In this document: positions 15,929 to 25,103 of the stretch, piece after piece
Layout of the letters: each line of letters starts with the position of its first letter
Position numbering within the stretch: position 1 is the first letter of the stretch
Assembly: GCA_965662895.1 (NCBI GenBank)
Contig: CBFIJH010000015.1
Coordinates: 1 to 35,928 of the forward strand
Source of the DNA: Candidatus Poseidoniaceae archaeon
GTDB lineage: Archaea; Thermoplasmatota; Poseidoniia; Poseidoniales; Poseidoniaceae
DNA length: 35,928 nt
Reading direction: 5' to 3'
Notes under the pieces: generated by a model
Database searches by the model: none
Told to the model about the DNA's origin: nothing
Seen by the model: only the letters and a program-made list of their open reading frames with translations
Position numbers and translations under genes: made by a program

Positions 15929-16663
15929 ATGGAGTGGCTTCCGCCGGGATGGTGTCCTCGTATTGTTGCGTTCGACATTGACGGAACGCTCACCGACGAA
16001 AACAAACGAATGGACATGCATGCAGTCGAAGCATTGCGACGCCTCGAGGATGCTGGGATCCCCGTCATTCTCGCAACTGGAAACGTTCGAGCGATCACCT
16101 ATGGGCTGTGGAGGTTCATTGGTCTCAGTGGACCCATGTGTTGCGAAAATGGAGGTGTCTTGTGGCATCCAGACTGGGACGAACCGATTGTTCGAGCGTC
16201 GGGCCAGGAAGCGAAGAAGGCTGCTGAATGGCTTGAATCTCAGCACGGTGACATCGATTCGTCCGGTATCCAGACCAACGCTTGGAGGGAGAGCGAGTGG
16301 TGTTTGTTCGCTGACGAAGATTTCGAATTGGTTACCTCGTCCATCGAAGAAAGCGATTGGTCAAACCTTGATGTTGTCCGAACTGGTTTTGCCATTCACT
16401 TGATGGAGCCGCACCTTTCCAAAGGAAGTGGCCTTGAATTGTTGCTTGAACGGATGGGAATTGAGGCTTCTGAATTGTTGTCGGTAGGAGATGCTCCGAA
16501 CGATTTGTCGATGTTTGCTATGTCGGGTTGGTCGGTCTCCGTCGGAACACCATTCGCAGACGTTCGAGCCGCAGCAGACGTTGTTTCTCCCTACCCAAAC
16601 AGTGCAACAATCGCCCCACTCGTCGACGCAATTCTTGCAGTCCATTCGGCTCAAGAATTATGA
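15929..16663 (+). CDS. HAD-superfamily (Cof/subclass IIB) phosphoglycolate phosphatase-like, TA0175 type
   Basis: FDIDGTLTD, LATGN, CENGG, TGFAIHL, SKGSGL, VGDAPNDLSMF. Confidence 0.9.
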   Translation: MEWLPPGWCPRIVAFDIDGTLTDENKRMDMHAVEALRRLEDAGIPVILATGNVRAITYGLWRFIGLSGPMCCENGGVLWHPDWDEPIVRASGQEAKKAAEWLESQHGDIDSSGIQTNAWRESEWCLFADEDFELVTSSIEESDWSNLDVVRTGFAIHLMEPHLSKGSGLELLLERMGIEASELLSVGDAPNDLSMFAMSGWSVSVGTPFADVRAAADVVSPYPNSATIAPLVDAILAVHSAQEL

Positions 16664-16685
16664 CTTGGCTTGATTTGGTTCTTGT

Positions 16686-18563
16686 ATGGTTACCTACGTT
16701 GTCGATTCAAACTGCTTCATCCACATGGGTGGTATGGCCACGACGACGATTCTCAACGATCTCAAGTCTGCGCTGAAAACGATGCACGTGACCAAAGGCG
16801 TTCATGGTGAAATCCAAAACGTTCGCTACCAACGTTGGAAGAACAAACCCAATCTGTTGAATCATCTCAAACCATTCCTAACGACGCATGAGGTCTCCGA
16901 TGACCAAATTCGAGGTTTGGGTGCAAAAATTGGTGAGCGAGCTGCTCCACAGGATGTCGATCTTTCACTAATGGTGTTAACACATGATCTCCAACGAGAC
17001 GGCCATCATGTCATCCTTGTAACGGATGATTTCAAAATGGCGAAAGCGACTGATGAGCATCAACTCGCGAGCGAAGTCTGTCCACCTTCGACTTTTTTTG
17101 AACGACTTTCATCCAAGGCAAAAGGAAAACATGCGTCCGAACTACGTCGACTTGGACGCCGAATACGTGCCGCAGAAATGCAATATGCGATCAGTCGACG
17201 GAACGAATACGATGTTCAAGCCAAAATCACATGGATGGTCGATTCCTTGCTTTCGACCGCACCGACAAAGCGGGCGAAGGTTGAAACTGGAATCAGTCAA
17301 TCCTCCAGCATTGATTTGCTCAACGAATTGCATCGGATGATTCGAGGAGAAAACATCAAAACCAGCATTCGCAAAAAATTGATACCGCTCAAAGCGAGTT
17401 GCCAAGGCATGATGGAATTGGAACATCATGTTGCACAATTGAAGCAGAAATTATCGAAGGAATCGCTTGATACGATCATTGTTGAAACACAATCCATGAT
17501 TGCGGATAGTTTGGAAAACGCAGGTATTGATCTCGCTCCATTGCATCGTGAACTTGTCGATGTTGCGCATCGGTTTCATTCACGAATTCTCGTTCGTGCG
17601 GAAATGGCTCTTGCCATCATGAAGCGAATGAAGGGCGATGCAGTAGGCTCACATCTTCACCTCTCCACCGCTTTGTTTCAAGCAACGCACGTTGATGATG
17701 ACACAATTGAAGCAAGGATTCTCGCTCGGCTCGCCGTTCTTGCTCTATCAACGAACAAAATTGAGAAGGCCATTCGATTGTCGACATCGTCGCTTGGCCT
17801 CAATACTTTGAGCGTACCCATGAGGTTGAAACAACACATTGTTCAAGCCATGGCACAATACTTAGCAGGACAACCAACGAATGATGCTCTAAAGCAAGCA
17901 CAGACGCTGGTTCGTGATGATGTTGCGATGGCTGCACAAGCACTCACCGAACTTGGAGAATCTTTCCTGGCATTGAATCGCCCAGACTTTGCAATTGAAT
18001 TGTTTGATGAAGCACTTGAGTGCGTTTCCAGTGAGCAAAAGATGAGCGAGGAACTTGGTGAACTCATTCTTCTTGCGTATCGTGCAATGGAAGATGATGA
18101 CGATAGTGAAGTCGAAGGTTTACGGCAAGTCCTTGACCAAATCCATCAACAAACGGTTGAGCAAGAAAAACAAGTTGAGAACTTGGTTGAACAAATCAGT
18201 CGACGGCAAGAGGATTCCAGCGAGCTTGTTCTTTCCAATGAATGGCAGGATTCCACTGCAGTTCTTGACGATGAACGTCCGCTTTACATCTCCGATGTTG
18301 TCGGTGATGCATTCGAAGAGCAACTCATTCTTGCACAACACCCATCGTTGGGCAGTGTAGGCATTTGGTTGCCAGCGAAAGCCGATGCTCCACAACCTGG
18401 TGCCAAGATTACACTCACAAACGGTCGTGTGAAAATTGCAGAACCGCCGAAAGACGTGGCTGATGCATATTCCATTCGTGCGCTCATCGCCATTGAATTT
18501 CCAGAAAGTTTGGTGTTTCAATCGTTAACAAGCGACGCACAAGAGGAACTCGAAGATCTGTGA
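16686..18563 (+). CDS. PIN-domain nuclease fused to TPR-like helical region and beta-rich C-terminal domain
   Basis: YVVDSNCFI, VT.GV.GEI, QDVDLSL, ILVTDD, P.TFFERL; ALTELGESFLALNRPDFAIELFDEALE (TPR-like). Confidence 0.75.
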   Translation: MVTYVVDSNCFIHMGGMATTTILNDLKSALKTMHVTKGVHGEIQNVRYQRWKNKPNLLNHLKPFLTTHEVSDDQIRGLGAKIGERAAPQDVDLSLMVLTHDLQRDGHHVILVTDDFKMAKATDEHQLASEVCPPSTFFERLSSKAKGKHASELRRLGRRIRAAEMQYAISRRNEYDVQAKITWMVDSLLSTAPTKRAKVETGISQSSSIDLLNELHRMIRGENIKTSIRKKLIPLKASCQGMMELEHHVAQLKQKLSKESLDTIIVETQSMIADSLENAGIDLAPLHRELVDVAHRFHSRILVRAEMALAIMKRMKGDAVGSHLHLSTALFQATHVDDDTIEARILARLAVLALSTNKIEKAIRLSTSSLGLNTLSVPMRLKQHIVQAMAQYLAGQPTNDALKQAQTLVRDDVAMAAQALTELGESFLALNRPDFAIELFDEALECVSSEQKMSEELGELILLAYRAMEDDDDSEVEGLRQVLDQIHQQTVEQEKQVENLVEQISRRQEDSSELVLSNEWQDSTAVLDDERPLYISDVVGDAFEEQLILAQHPSLGSVGIWLPAKADAPQPGAKITLTNGRVKIAEPPKDVADAYSIRALIAIEFPESLVFQSLTSDAQEELEDL

Positions 18564-18568
18564 AATCG

Positions 18569-18653
18569 TGGTGCCGGGGGCAGGATTCGAACCTGCGAAG
18601 CATTACGCAGAGGATCTTGAGTCCACCCCCTTTGACCGCTCGGGAACCCCGGC
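18569..18653 (-). tRNA. tRNA-Leu(CAA), long variable arm, CCA encoded
   Basis: Minus strand GCCGGGG...GTGGA-CT-CAA-GA-TCCTC...GCAGG-TTCGAAT-CCTGC-CCCCGGC-A-CCA. Confidence 0.96.
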
Positions 18654-18685
18654 ACGTATGTGCCGCTCGATGGTCTTCTTCTTGA

Positions 18686-21600
18686 CTATTCCTCTTGGTC
18701 GATATCATCCAAACCTGCAGGACGAGGTGGTGCAATGTCAAACGCTTCCTCATCCTCAAATTCATCGTACAACGCCTGTATGCGTTGTTTTCGCATCAAC
18801 ATTGAAGCGACAACTGCACCTCCTGCTAAGAGCACGAGAAGAACGTTCAATCCAAATTCAGAATTGGAGGCTTTTTCATCAAGATCTTCCATCGTCACAT
18901 CCCCGAGTGGAACGGGAATCAACAACGAATTGTCATCGAGTTGAATCATCATACCCAAGCGACCTGTTTGCCATGCTTCAATCGACCAAACGATGTTTTC
19001 CTCCTCGTCCGGTTGGAGTGTCACCGTCGTATTGGCGAGAATCAATCCTTCTGAATCAAGCAGGAAAACATCGGTTGAACCCGACAAAAACCCAACATTT
19101 TCAATCGTAAATTCAACCGTAACAAATTCGCCGAGTGCAGGGCGATACGGCGTTGCTTCGACCGATGTGGGCGTTGGTTCGTATGCCATCCAAACGACGT
19201 ATACATCCAATGGAATCGATTTGGTACCTTGACCGGAAAGAACGTTTCCGGCTCGGTCTTTGTGCGAGAACCACACACTTAATCGGTCGCTCTTCGCAAA
19301 TTGGACACCCTGTGATTCAACATCTAGGCTTGCTGAAAAGGCAGCGACATTGCCCGTTGTTCCATTGTGCATCATCGGAATTGAAGCGATCGAATCGGTT
19401 ACAACAATTCCATTGCGAACAAAACACCAATGCAACTCAGCCCCGTCGGTAGGAACACCATGATCATCCTGAATGAAGACTTGAACGGAAATGTTGTTGA
19501 CCTGCAATGAATCAAGATTGCTGAACGTTCCTGGCTCAACCGTGACCGTCGGTGATTGTTCATCAAGAAGAATTTCGACGATGACCGGTTCATCAAACGT
19601 GAACGTCGAACCGCTCAATTCGAGGGTTAACGCTCCTTCTCCTTGGGGAAGCGTGGTCTGGTTGACTTCGATACGATGTTGACTCAAACCCTCCAAATCA
19701 ACGGTTTTCTCAATCGCCTCATACTGAATACCAAATGCTGAGATGTTGTAATGCACTCGTGTATCAGAAGGCAGATTCAGTGCTGGTTGATCGGTCTGGT
19801 AGTGCATGAGAACGAGAGAAACATCGGCAACGTCATCCACGTGCAAGGACAAAACACCAGAATCAAGAATCCCGAAAGGTGCAACCCGGTCATCAATGGA
19901 ATCGATCTTAATGTCAAGTCGAGTGTGCGTGGACCAATTCAATTCTGTCAAATAGGTCGTGCCAAGACCAACATCCTGTGCTTCATCAATCACTTTAATC
20001 GATGGTGTAAACGAACCGCCGCTCCATTGGTGCAGAGCATCCCAGCGGAATTGGAAGGCGACATCAACGGTCCAACGCATGGTGAGATTGTCCTTCACAA
20101 CGGTGACTGTCGGTGTCACCACAAAGCACGATACATCAGCAGTTGTTTCTTGGAAACGAGGAGCATAGTTCACCCAACAGTCCTCGTGAAGTGAATTCAT
20201 CAATCCTATGTTGATGGAATCCAAGCTCTCAATTCCATTCCCATCAATAACATCGAACCGGAGGTGATGATCTTGTCCGGGGAACAAATGTCCATCAATC
20301 GAATCCAAGGACATGGCGTTCGTATCGAGTAATGTGGCCTGTCGCGGTTGAACAAGAATGGTTGCTGAATCGTTTTCTTCGCCGAACAATCCACCCGATT
20401 GCAATGGATTGCCTGCTAAATCAAATCCTGCAACCACGACACTAAGGCGGCCTTGTGATGCACCTGGGCGGAGAACTGCATCAACATCGAGCAATGGAAG
20501 GTCGACCTCAGCCTCTTGAATCCCTCGATTGACATTGGCTGTCATCGATTGGTATTCGCTTTGCTCCATGATTCCATTACCGTTTGCATCATCGTGATGT
20601 TCGGACCACGTGTAAATGGTCAGCGGCGTCTCCAGTCCTTCTCCATCACGTACATACAGCCGAAGCGGTATGTCGTTGTCTGGATGCCAAACATGGTTGT
20701 CTGCTGGCTGGAATCCGCTTTGGTCAAGAATTTGAAGGCTGATCAAATCCGGTGGACTCTTATCGTAAATCATTTCGAAAAACGTCGATTCAGCAGTCTG
20801 GTCGAATGAGGATTGCAGACCAAGTCCTGCAGGCCCACAACGCGTAAGGAGAATCCGTGCTTCCAATCTGGTATCCGTTGGCAGTGTAGAATCTTGAGGA
20901 ATCGATAACGGGATGTCAAATCGACCATCTGCGTCCACATTCGAAGAATTGGAAATGGACCAGTCGATTGGTTCACCAATCCACTCATTGGGACCGCTCT
21001 CATTGATTGGAGGTACGGCATGAATCTCGACGGTTACCTCAGCATCGTTTTCTCCGACCCATGCTTCTGCGATGCCTTGGTAACGAACCTGTCCCTGAAC
21101 ATTCAACGAAGTTCCCGGATTGACGTGCAATGGCCACAACGGCTGTGTCCAATCATGCAATGCTCTTCCTCGATTGTCGTAGGCGATGACATTGAACGCC
21201 TCCAAGTCGTTTTCGATATCGTTGTACACCGTATTTTGTGAATGAATCAGTGGACCCGTCTCAAGGCCGTCCTCATCAACCGATGACACAAACCAATGCA
21301 GATCATCGATGTCGTCGTTGAGCCATGTACTTTCAAAGACCCAAGTGACCGTGCATTCGCTTTTGCTGCAGGTTGCTGCAGACGTTGGCTGAAGCACTGC
21401 ATATCCAGCTCCAGCCGTTTGGATGAAACGAGGGGTTTCATCCAACCGGTCCACTTCTGCACGAATGCGAATTGAGAATTCATCATCGCTTGAACCAAGC
21501 GACAGGAAAATTCGTTCAAGAGCAGGCGCTTCCATCGCGGGATGTGTTGGAATCGTTCGCAAATGATGTGTTGTAATGCTTCGTTGCGTATGAGGGAGCC

Positions 21601-24600
21601 ATCTGGACGGTGGAGCGTCAACCACTGAATCAACCAAATCCAGTTGGCTTTCAACTTCCAATTCAACCGTTACACTCCCTTGCAGCGTCTGGACTCGGAA
21701 TGGAAGATCGAGGAGTTGCCGGTCATTGCCTTCAAACGATGCATTGAGGGCCTGATTCAGCAGCGATTCATCGAACGCGAACTTGAGCTCTCCATGCGTT
21801 GGTAGGACAAGGACGTCGTATGCAGCAAGTTGAATCGGTTGCGAGGACGATACGTTGTATTGAGCGTAACCCCAAACCCACTCGTTGGAAGCATCGATGG
21901 CAAGTGGCTCAAACGTTGGACATGCATTGTCAAACAGGATTCGCTGTGTTGATTGGCTTGGAATTGTCGAATGCAGACTCCCATCCAAATACAAATCGGT
22001 CGCCAACAGACCCGATGTTGCTCGAATTGTGAAGGAACCCTCGAGCAGTGCACACACATCTGGAAGCGTTATTGCAGCAATTGGGAATGCAATATGGTGA
22101 CGAAGTTGATAGGTTGTGGTTGCTGATGTATTGATGGAAAGATGACCATGCTGTGTTGCATTGATGACATCTGAACCGTTCACGGCTGAATCAAACATCC
22201 GTTGAAGGCCGAAATTCAGGTCAAAGCCTGAAGGAGGCCATGAAATCGCTTCGAGTTGATTTTGACCGATTGAAACAGATGGACCCATCGGTGGCATCAA
22301 ACACTGGAATTCGATCATGAGTCCTTTGAATTCATCACCAGCATTCAACGAAAACGTCCATGATGAGGAAATCTGTCGCTCTGAAATTCCATTGAACTGT
22401 TGCGATCGAACATGGAACGGCTCGGACGTGAATTTGGTTTGACCTTGATTGAATGCAGGTGATGCGAGTGTGACATTGCCCCCGTATTGATGAGCAATTA
22501 AGGAATCATAGACACAGCCTGGTCGATGCGAAAACGGGATGGATGTACCGGACGTTGCTTGCAAGTAGCCTTCTTGCGTGATTTCCAAATCCTTCATTTC
22601 GCTGTTGTATTTCTGGTCGTATCGACCGAACATTTGCAACACACCAAGGCCGACTCGTTCAACGGTTGGTGTGAGGTACGGGTCGTCTGAATCCATGTGA
22701 ACAACGAGTTGAACCGAAGGATGCTCGATTGGATTTAAATCGACGGAGAATGGCAAAACACGTCGTTCGTATTCAGGAATGAAGTCCCCGTTTCCATCGA
22801 GCAAACTGAAGCGAAGCGTCGTATTATCGGGCTCATGAGCAAGGCCGTCAACGTACCCGTATCCGAACATTGGATGCGGAGCAATTGGTGGTGAAATCCA
22901 GTCGCCTTCTGATTCGAACAAGGCAACATCAATTCCCGCATCATCGATATACCACCCATCGCGTTCGATGTATTGATCTGAGAAAAACGAAAACCGAAGA
23001 CGGACGGACTGACCAGAAAGATTGGAAATGTCCGAGGTTTTCAGTTCGAAGGGATGTGCCGGCTTGTTCCCACAATTACCAAGAACACGGGAACCGTCAA
23101 GGATTCCTTCACCATAGAACGGGGATGCAGAATTGACGGTTGAAATTTGGTCATGGAAACCGCCCGGGTCAGCAGGAAGGAACCACCAATTCAGTCCACC
23201 ATCAGTGGAAACAGAAACGGCTCCTCCGTCCCACGCTGCTTCGGTACAAATCCAATGACGGAACGACAATTGTGCTGTTACGTTGTTTGGAAGGATGTAT
23301 TCTGGTGAGATGAGATGCGCATACGAATTTGCAGCGTATTGCCCATTTAATTCAATGCCAAGTCCACTTTGCCCCGAATGCCATTGCTGAGGACCCTGGT
23401 TCGTGCTTCCAAGCGCACCATGCGTCCAGCCAACACCACGAATGTTTTCGATGGACCAACCTTGTGGCATTCGATGAGGATTTTCAAAGGAGTCCGTCAC
23501 GTTCCCAGGACCATTTGCACCCAAGGTCGAAACCCACTGCCATTCATTGGGAGCGCTAACATTGTTCAACCAACCCTCAACCGATCCGTTCTGATAGGTT
23601 GGTTGATTCGTAAAATTGCTCAGGATGCGGATGTTGTTTGTTGTACCAGTTCCTGAACGTAGTTGCACATCATCGATCATGATGCCTTCCCAGCCGTTCG
23701 CTGGAGCTCCGCCACCATGGTTGACGATTGCATCGGTTTGGACGTTCAACCTCAGCAAGGCATTGGACGCATTCGTGTGCGATGATGCATTTGTAGGAAT
23801 GGGATAGGATTGTGGAATCCAACCAAAAGATTCGTCAACGTACGTTACACCCTGATAGGTAACTCCGTTTCCTGGCAAGCCAGGAGGTTGGGAGAGAAGC
23901 GTCCATGTTACCCCCTGATCCATCGAATATGAGATGACCATCCCATCGTTGTATCCACCCTCAATGTCCCAATCTGCGAGAATGTCAAGTTCGATTGGAT
24001 TTGTCAAGCCTGAGAGATTCATTGGAAGAAGAAGGGTTCCATTTGCATTTGGTGCGTAATCGCCATTCAGGTTACCATGGAACCAAGCTCCGGGTGCATC
24101 GCCTTCGTTGTACCAGGTTACATTGTCAATGAACCAACCATCTCGCTGATTGTTGGATGAACCGACGGCGATGCAAAGACGAAATCGCATGGTTTCGCTG
24201 TTGGCAATGTTCGTCAATTGGTCGAGTTCAAAACGAACCGTTTTCCACGATTCGTCGTCTCCTGCCCAGATTGATGTCATCGATTGGACGAGGTTGTGAT
24301 GACTTGATGTCACTGCATTCGAATAGCCACCGTTTGGAATGAGTTGCTGCCAAGAAGGTTGACCATCCAACGTATACTCAACCCACGCTGCATCATCGGA
24401 TGCGAGCGAACGCCAATGATCGAACGTAAACGACATGTTTCGGACAACTTCAGGCGTTTCGTATTGTGGTGAACTGATGCACCCTGAAGCATTGAGAATC
24501 GATGGCAAGTAAGCAAGGGAGTGATTTCCATCTCGCACACTTGGTCCAGATTGAAGCGAAGAGAGGTTCTGAACCCCCCATGCTTCCCCATCTTGGCCCA

Positions 24601-25012
24601 TCGTAAGCCAACCCGTTGGAACCATTTTTGTCGATTCAAAATCGGAGAGGGAGCCAACCGATGAATCGGAAGCAAGAGAAAGTTGGCTTCCAAAAGAAAG
24701 TGAGGAAGTACGATTGTGTGTACCGTTGGCCCATGGATGATCGTGCGTTGTACCAAAGTATGTTCCGTTTCCATCGATCGTTTCCCAAACGGGTTCGACG
24801 GTCATGAAACCTGACGTGATGGTATGGTTTGCAGGCACTTGAATCGAGGAAATGTTGGCATCGACCGTTGTTTCGTTCGTCCCCGGTTGAAAGGTTGCAG
24901 GGCCAAAGGTAACGGTTCGTGATTGAACATAGGTTGAAGGCCCAACAAGAACAAGCAAGAGCACGAGAAAGACCGCAGAAACGTGCTTTTTCGGCTGATT
25001 CACCAAACTCAC
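18686..25012 (-). CDS. Giant (~2100 aa) surface/adhesin-like membrane protein: three jelly-roll (immune-inhibitor-A/cleaved-adhesin-like) domains, Ig-like region, CARDB-like domain, C-terminal TM (start GTG 25012 or 25003)
   Basis: N-terminal hydrophobic signal; DGWFIDNV, WEGIMIDDV, DGWYIDDA; DDANGNGIMEQSEY Ca loop; GEFVTVEFTIENVG; TM GLNVLLVLLAGGAVVASML then RKQR. Confidence 0.85.
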   Translation of the reverse strand: MSLVNQPKKHVSAVFLVLLLVLVGPSTYVQSRTVTFGPATFQPGTNETTVDANISSIQVPANHTITSGFMTVEPVWETIDGNGTYFGTTHDHPWANGTHNRTSSLSFGSQLSLASDSSVGSLSDFESTKMVPTGWLTMGQDGEAWGVQNLSSLQSGPSVRDGNHSLAYLPSILNASGCISSPQYETPEVVRNMSFTFDHWRSLASDDAAWVEYTLDGQPSWQQLIPNGGYSNAVTSSHHNLVQSMTSIWAGDDESWKTVRFELDQLTNIANSETMRFRLCIAVGSSNNQRDGWFIDNVTWYNEGDAPGAWFHGNLNGDYAPNANGTLLLPMNLSGLTNPIELDILADWDIEGGYNDGMVISYSMDQGVTWTLLSQPPGLPGNGVTYQGVTYVDESFGWIPQSYPIPTNASSHTNASNALLRLNVQTDAIVNHGGGAPANGWEGIMIDDVQLRSGTGTTNNIRILSNFTNQPTYQNGSVEGWLNNVSAPNEWQWVSTLGANGPGNVTDSFENPHRMPQGWSIENIRGVGWTHGALGSTNQGPQQWHSGQSGLGIELNGQYAANSYAHLISPEYILPNNVTAQLSFRHWICTEAAWDGGAVSVSTDGGLNWWFLPADPGGFHDQISTVNSASPFYGEGILDGSRVLGNCGNKPAHPFELKTSDISNLSGQSVRLRFSFFSDQYIERDGWYIDDAGIDVALFESEGDWISPPIAPHPMFGYGYVDGLAHEPDNTTLRFSLLDGNGDFIPEYERRVLPFSVDLNPIEHPSVQLVVHMDSDDPYLTPTVERVGLGVLQMFGRYDQKYNSEMKDLEITQEGYLQATSGTSIPFSHRPGCVYDSLIAHQYGGNVTLASPAFNQGQTKFTSEPFHVRSQQFNGISERQISSSWTFSLNAGDEFKGLMIEFQCLMPPMGPSVSIGQNQLEAISWPPSGFDLNFGLQRMFDSAVNGSDVINATQHGHLSINTSATTTYQLRHHIAFPIAAITLPDVCALLEGSFTIRATSGLLATDLYLDGSLHSTIPSQSTQRILFDNACPTFEPLAIDASNEWVWGYAQYNVSSSQPIQLAAYDVLVLPTHGELKFAFDESLLNQALNASFEGNDRQLLDLPFRVQTLQGSVTVELEVESQLDLVDSVVDAPPSRWLPHTQRSITTHHLRTIPTHPAMEAPALERIFLSLGSSDDEFSIRIRAEVDRLDETPRFIQTAGAGYAVLQPTSAATCSKSECTVTWVFESTWLNDDIDDLHWFVSSVDEDGLETGPLIHSQNTVYNDIENDLEAFNVIAYDNRGRALHDWTQPLWPLHVNPGTSLNVQGQVRYQGIAEAWVGENDAEVTVEIHAVPPINESGPNEWIGEPIDWSISNSSNVDADGRFDIPLSIPQDSTLPTDTRLEARILLTRCGPAGLGLQSSFDQTAESTFFEMIYDKSPPDLISLQILDQSGFQPADNHVWHPDNDIPLRLYVRDGEGLETPLTIYTWSEHHDDANGNGIMEQSEYQSMTANVNRGIQEAEVDLPLLDVDAVLRPGASQGRLSVVVAGFDLAGNPLQSGGLFGEENDSATILVQPRQATLLDTNAMSLDSIDGHLFPGQDHHLRFDVIDGNGIESLDSINIGLMNSLHEDCWVNYAPRFQETTADVSCFVVTPTVTVVKDNLTMRWTVDVAFQFRWDALHQWSGGSFTPSIKVIDEAQDVGLGTTYLTELNWSTHTRLDIKIDSIDDRVAPFGILDSGVLSLHVDDVADVSLVLMHYQTDQPALNLPSDTRVHYNISAFGIQYEAIEKTVDLEGLSQHRIEVNQTTLPQGEGALTLELSGSTFTFDEPVIVEILLDEQSPTVTVEPGTFSNLDSLQVNNISVQVFIQDDHGVPTDGAELHWCFVRNGIVVTDSIASIPMMHNGTTGNVAAFSASLDVESQGVQFAKSDRLSVWFSHKDRAGNVLSGQGTKSIPLDVYVVWMAYEPTPTSVEATPYRPALGEFVTVEFTIENVGFLSGSTDVFLLDSEGLILANTTVTLQPDEEENIVWSIEAWQTGRLGMMIQLDDNSLLIPVPLGDVTMEDLDEKASNSEFGLNVLLVLLAGGAVVASMLMRKQRIQALYDEFEDEEAFDIAPPRPAGLDDIDQEE

Positions 25013-25030
25013 CTCGCTTCGCGAGGTGAG
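25008..25030. promoter_or_regulatory. Perfect 10-bp inverted repeat over the SD/start of the giant surface gene
   Basis: CTCACCTCGC-TTC-GCGAGGTGAG; the minus-strand 3' arm contains SD GAGGTGA. Confidence 0.6.
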
Positions 25031-25103
25031 CCATCGGGTTTGAAGCCTCGTCTCCGTTGATTAAGTCCGGACAAGAGAGTTCAAAGACCCAAACACCGAG
25101 GCA

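Noticed and set aside
16686-17120. PIN domain as HARP (protein-only RNase P) or plain Nob1
   Set aside because: Lacks the HARP spike-helix insert and GxxDS motif and lacks the Nob1 zinc ribbon
18569-18653. tRNA-Leu or tRNA-Ile as an att site of an integrated element
   Set aside because: No duplicated tRNA 3' end noticed and no integrase in the window
18568-19110. 180-aa ORF starting MVPGAGFEPA
   Set aside because: Antisense translation of tRNA-Leu running into the giant gene; a well-known artefact
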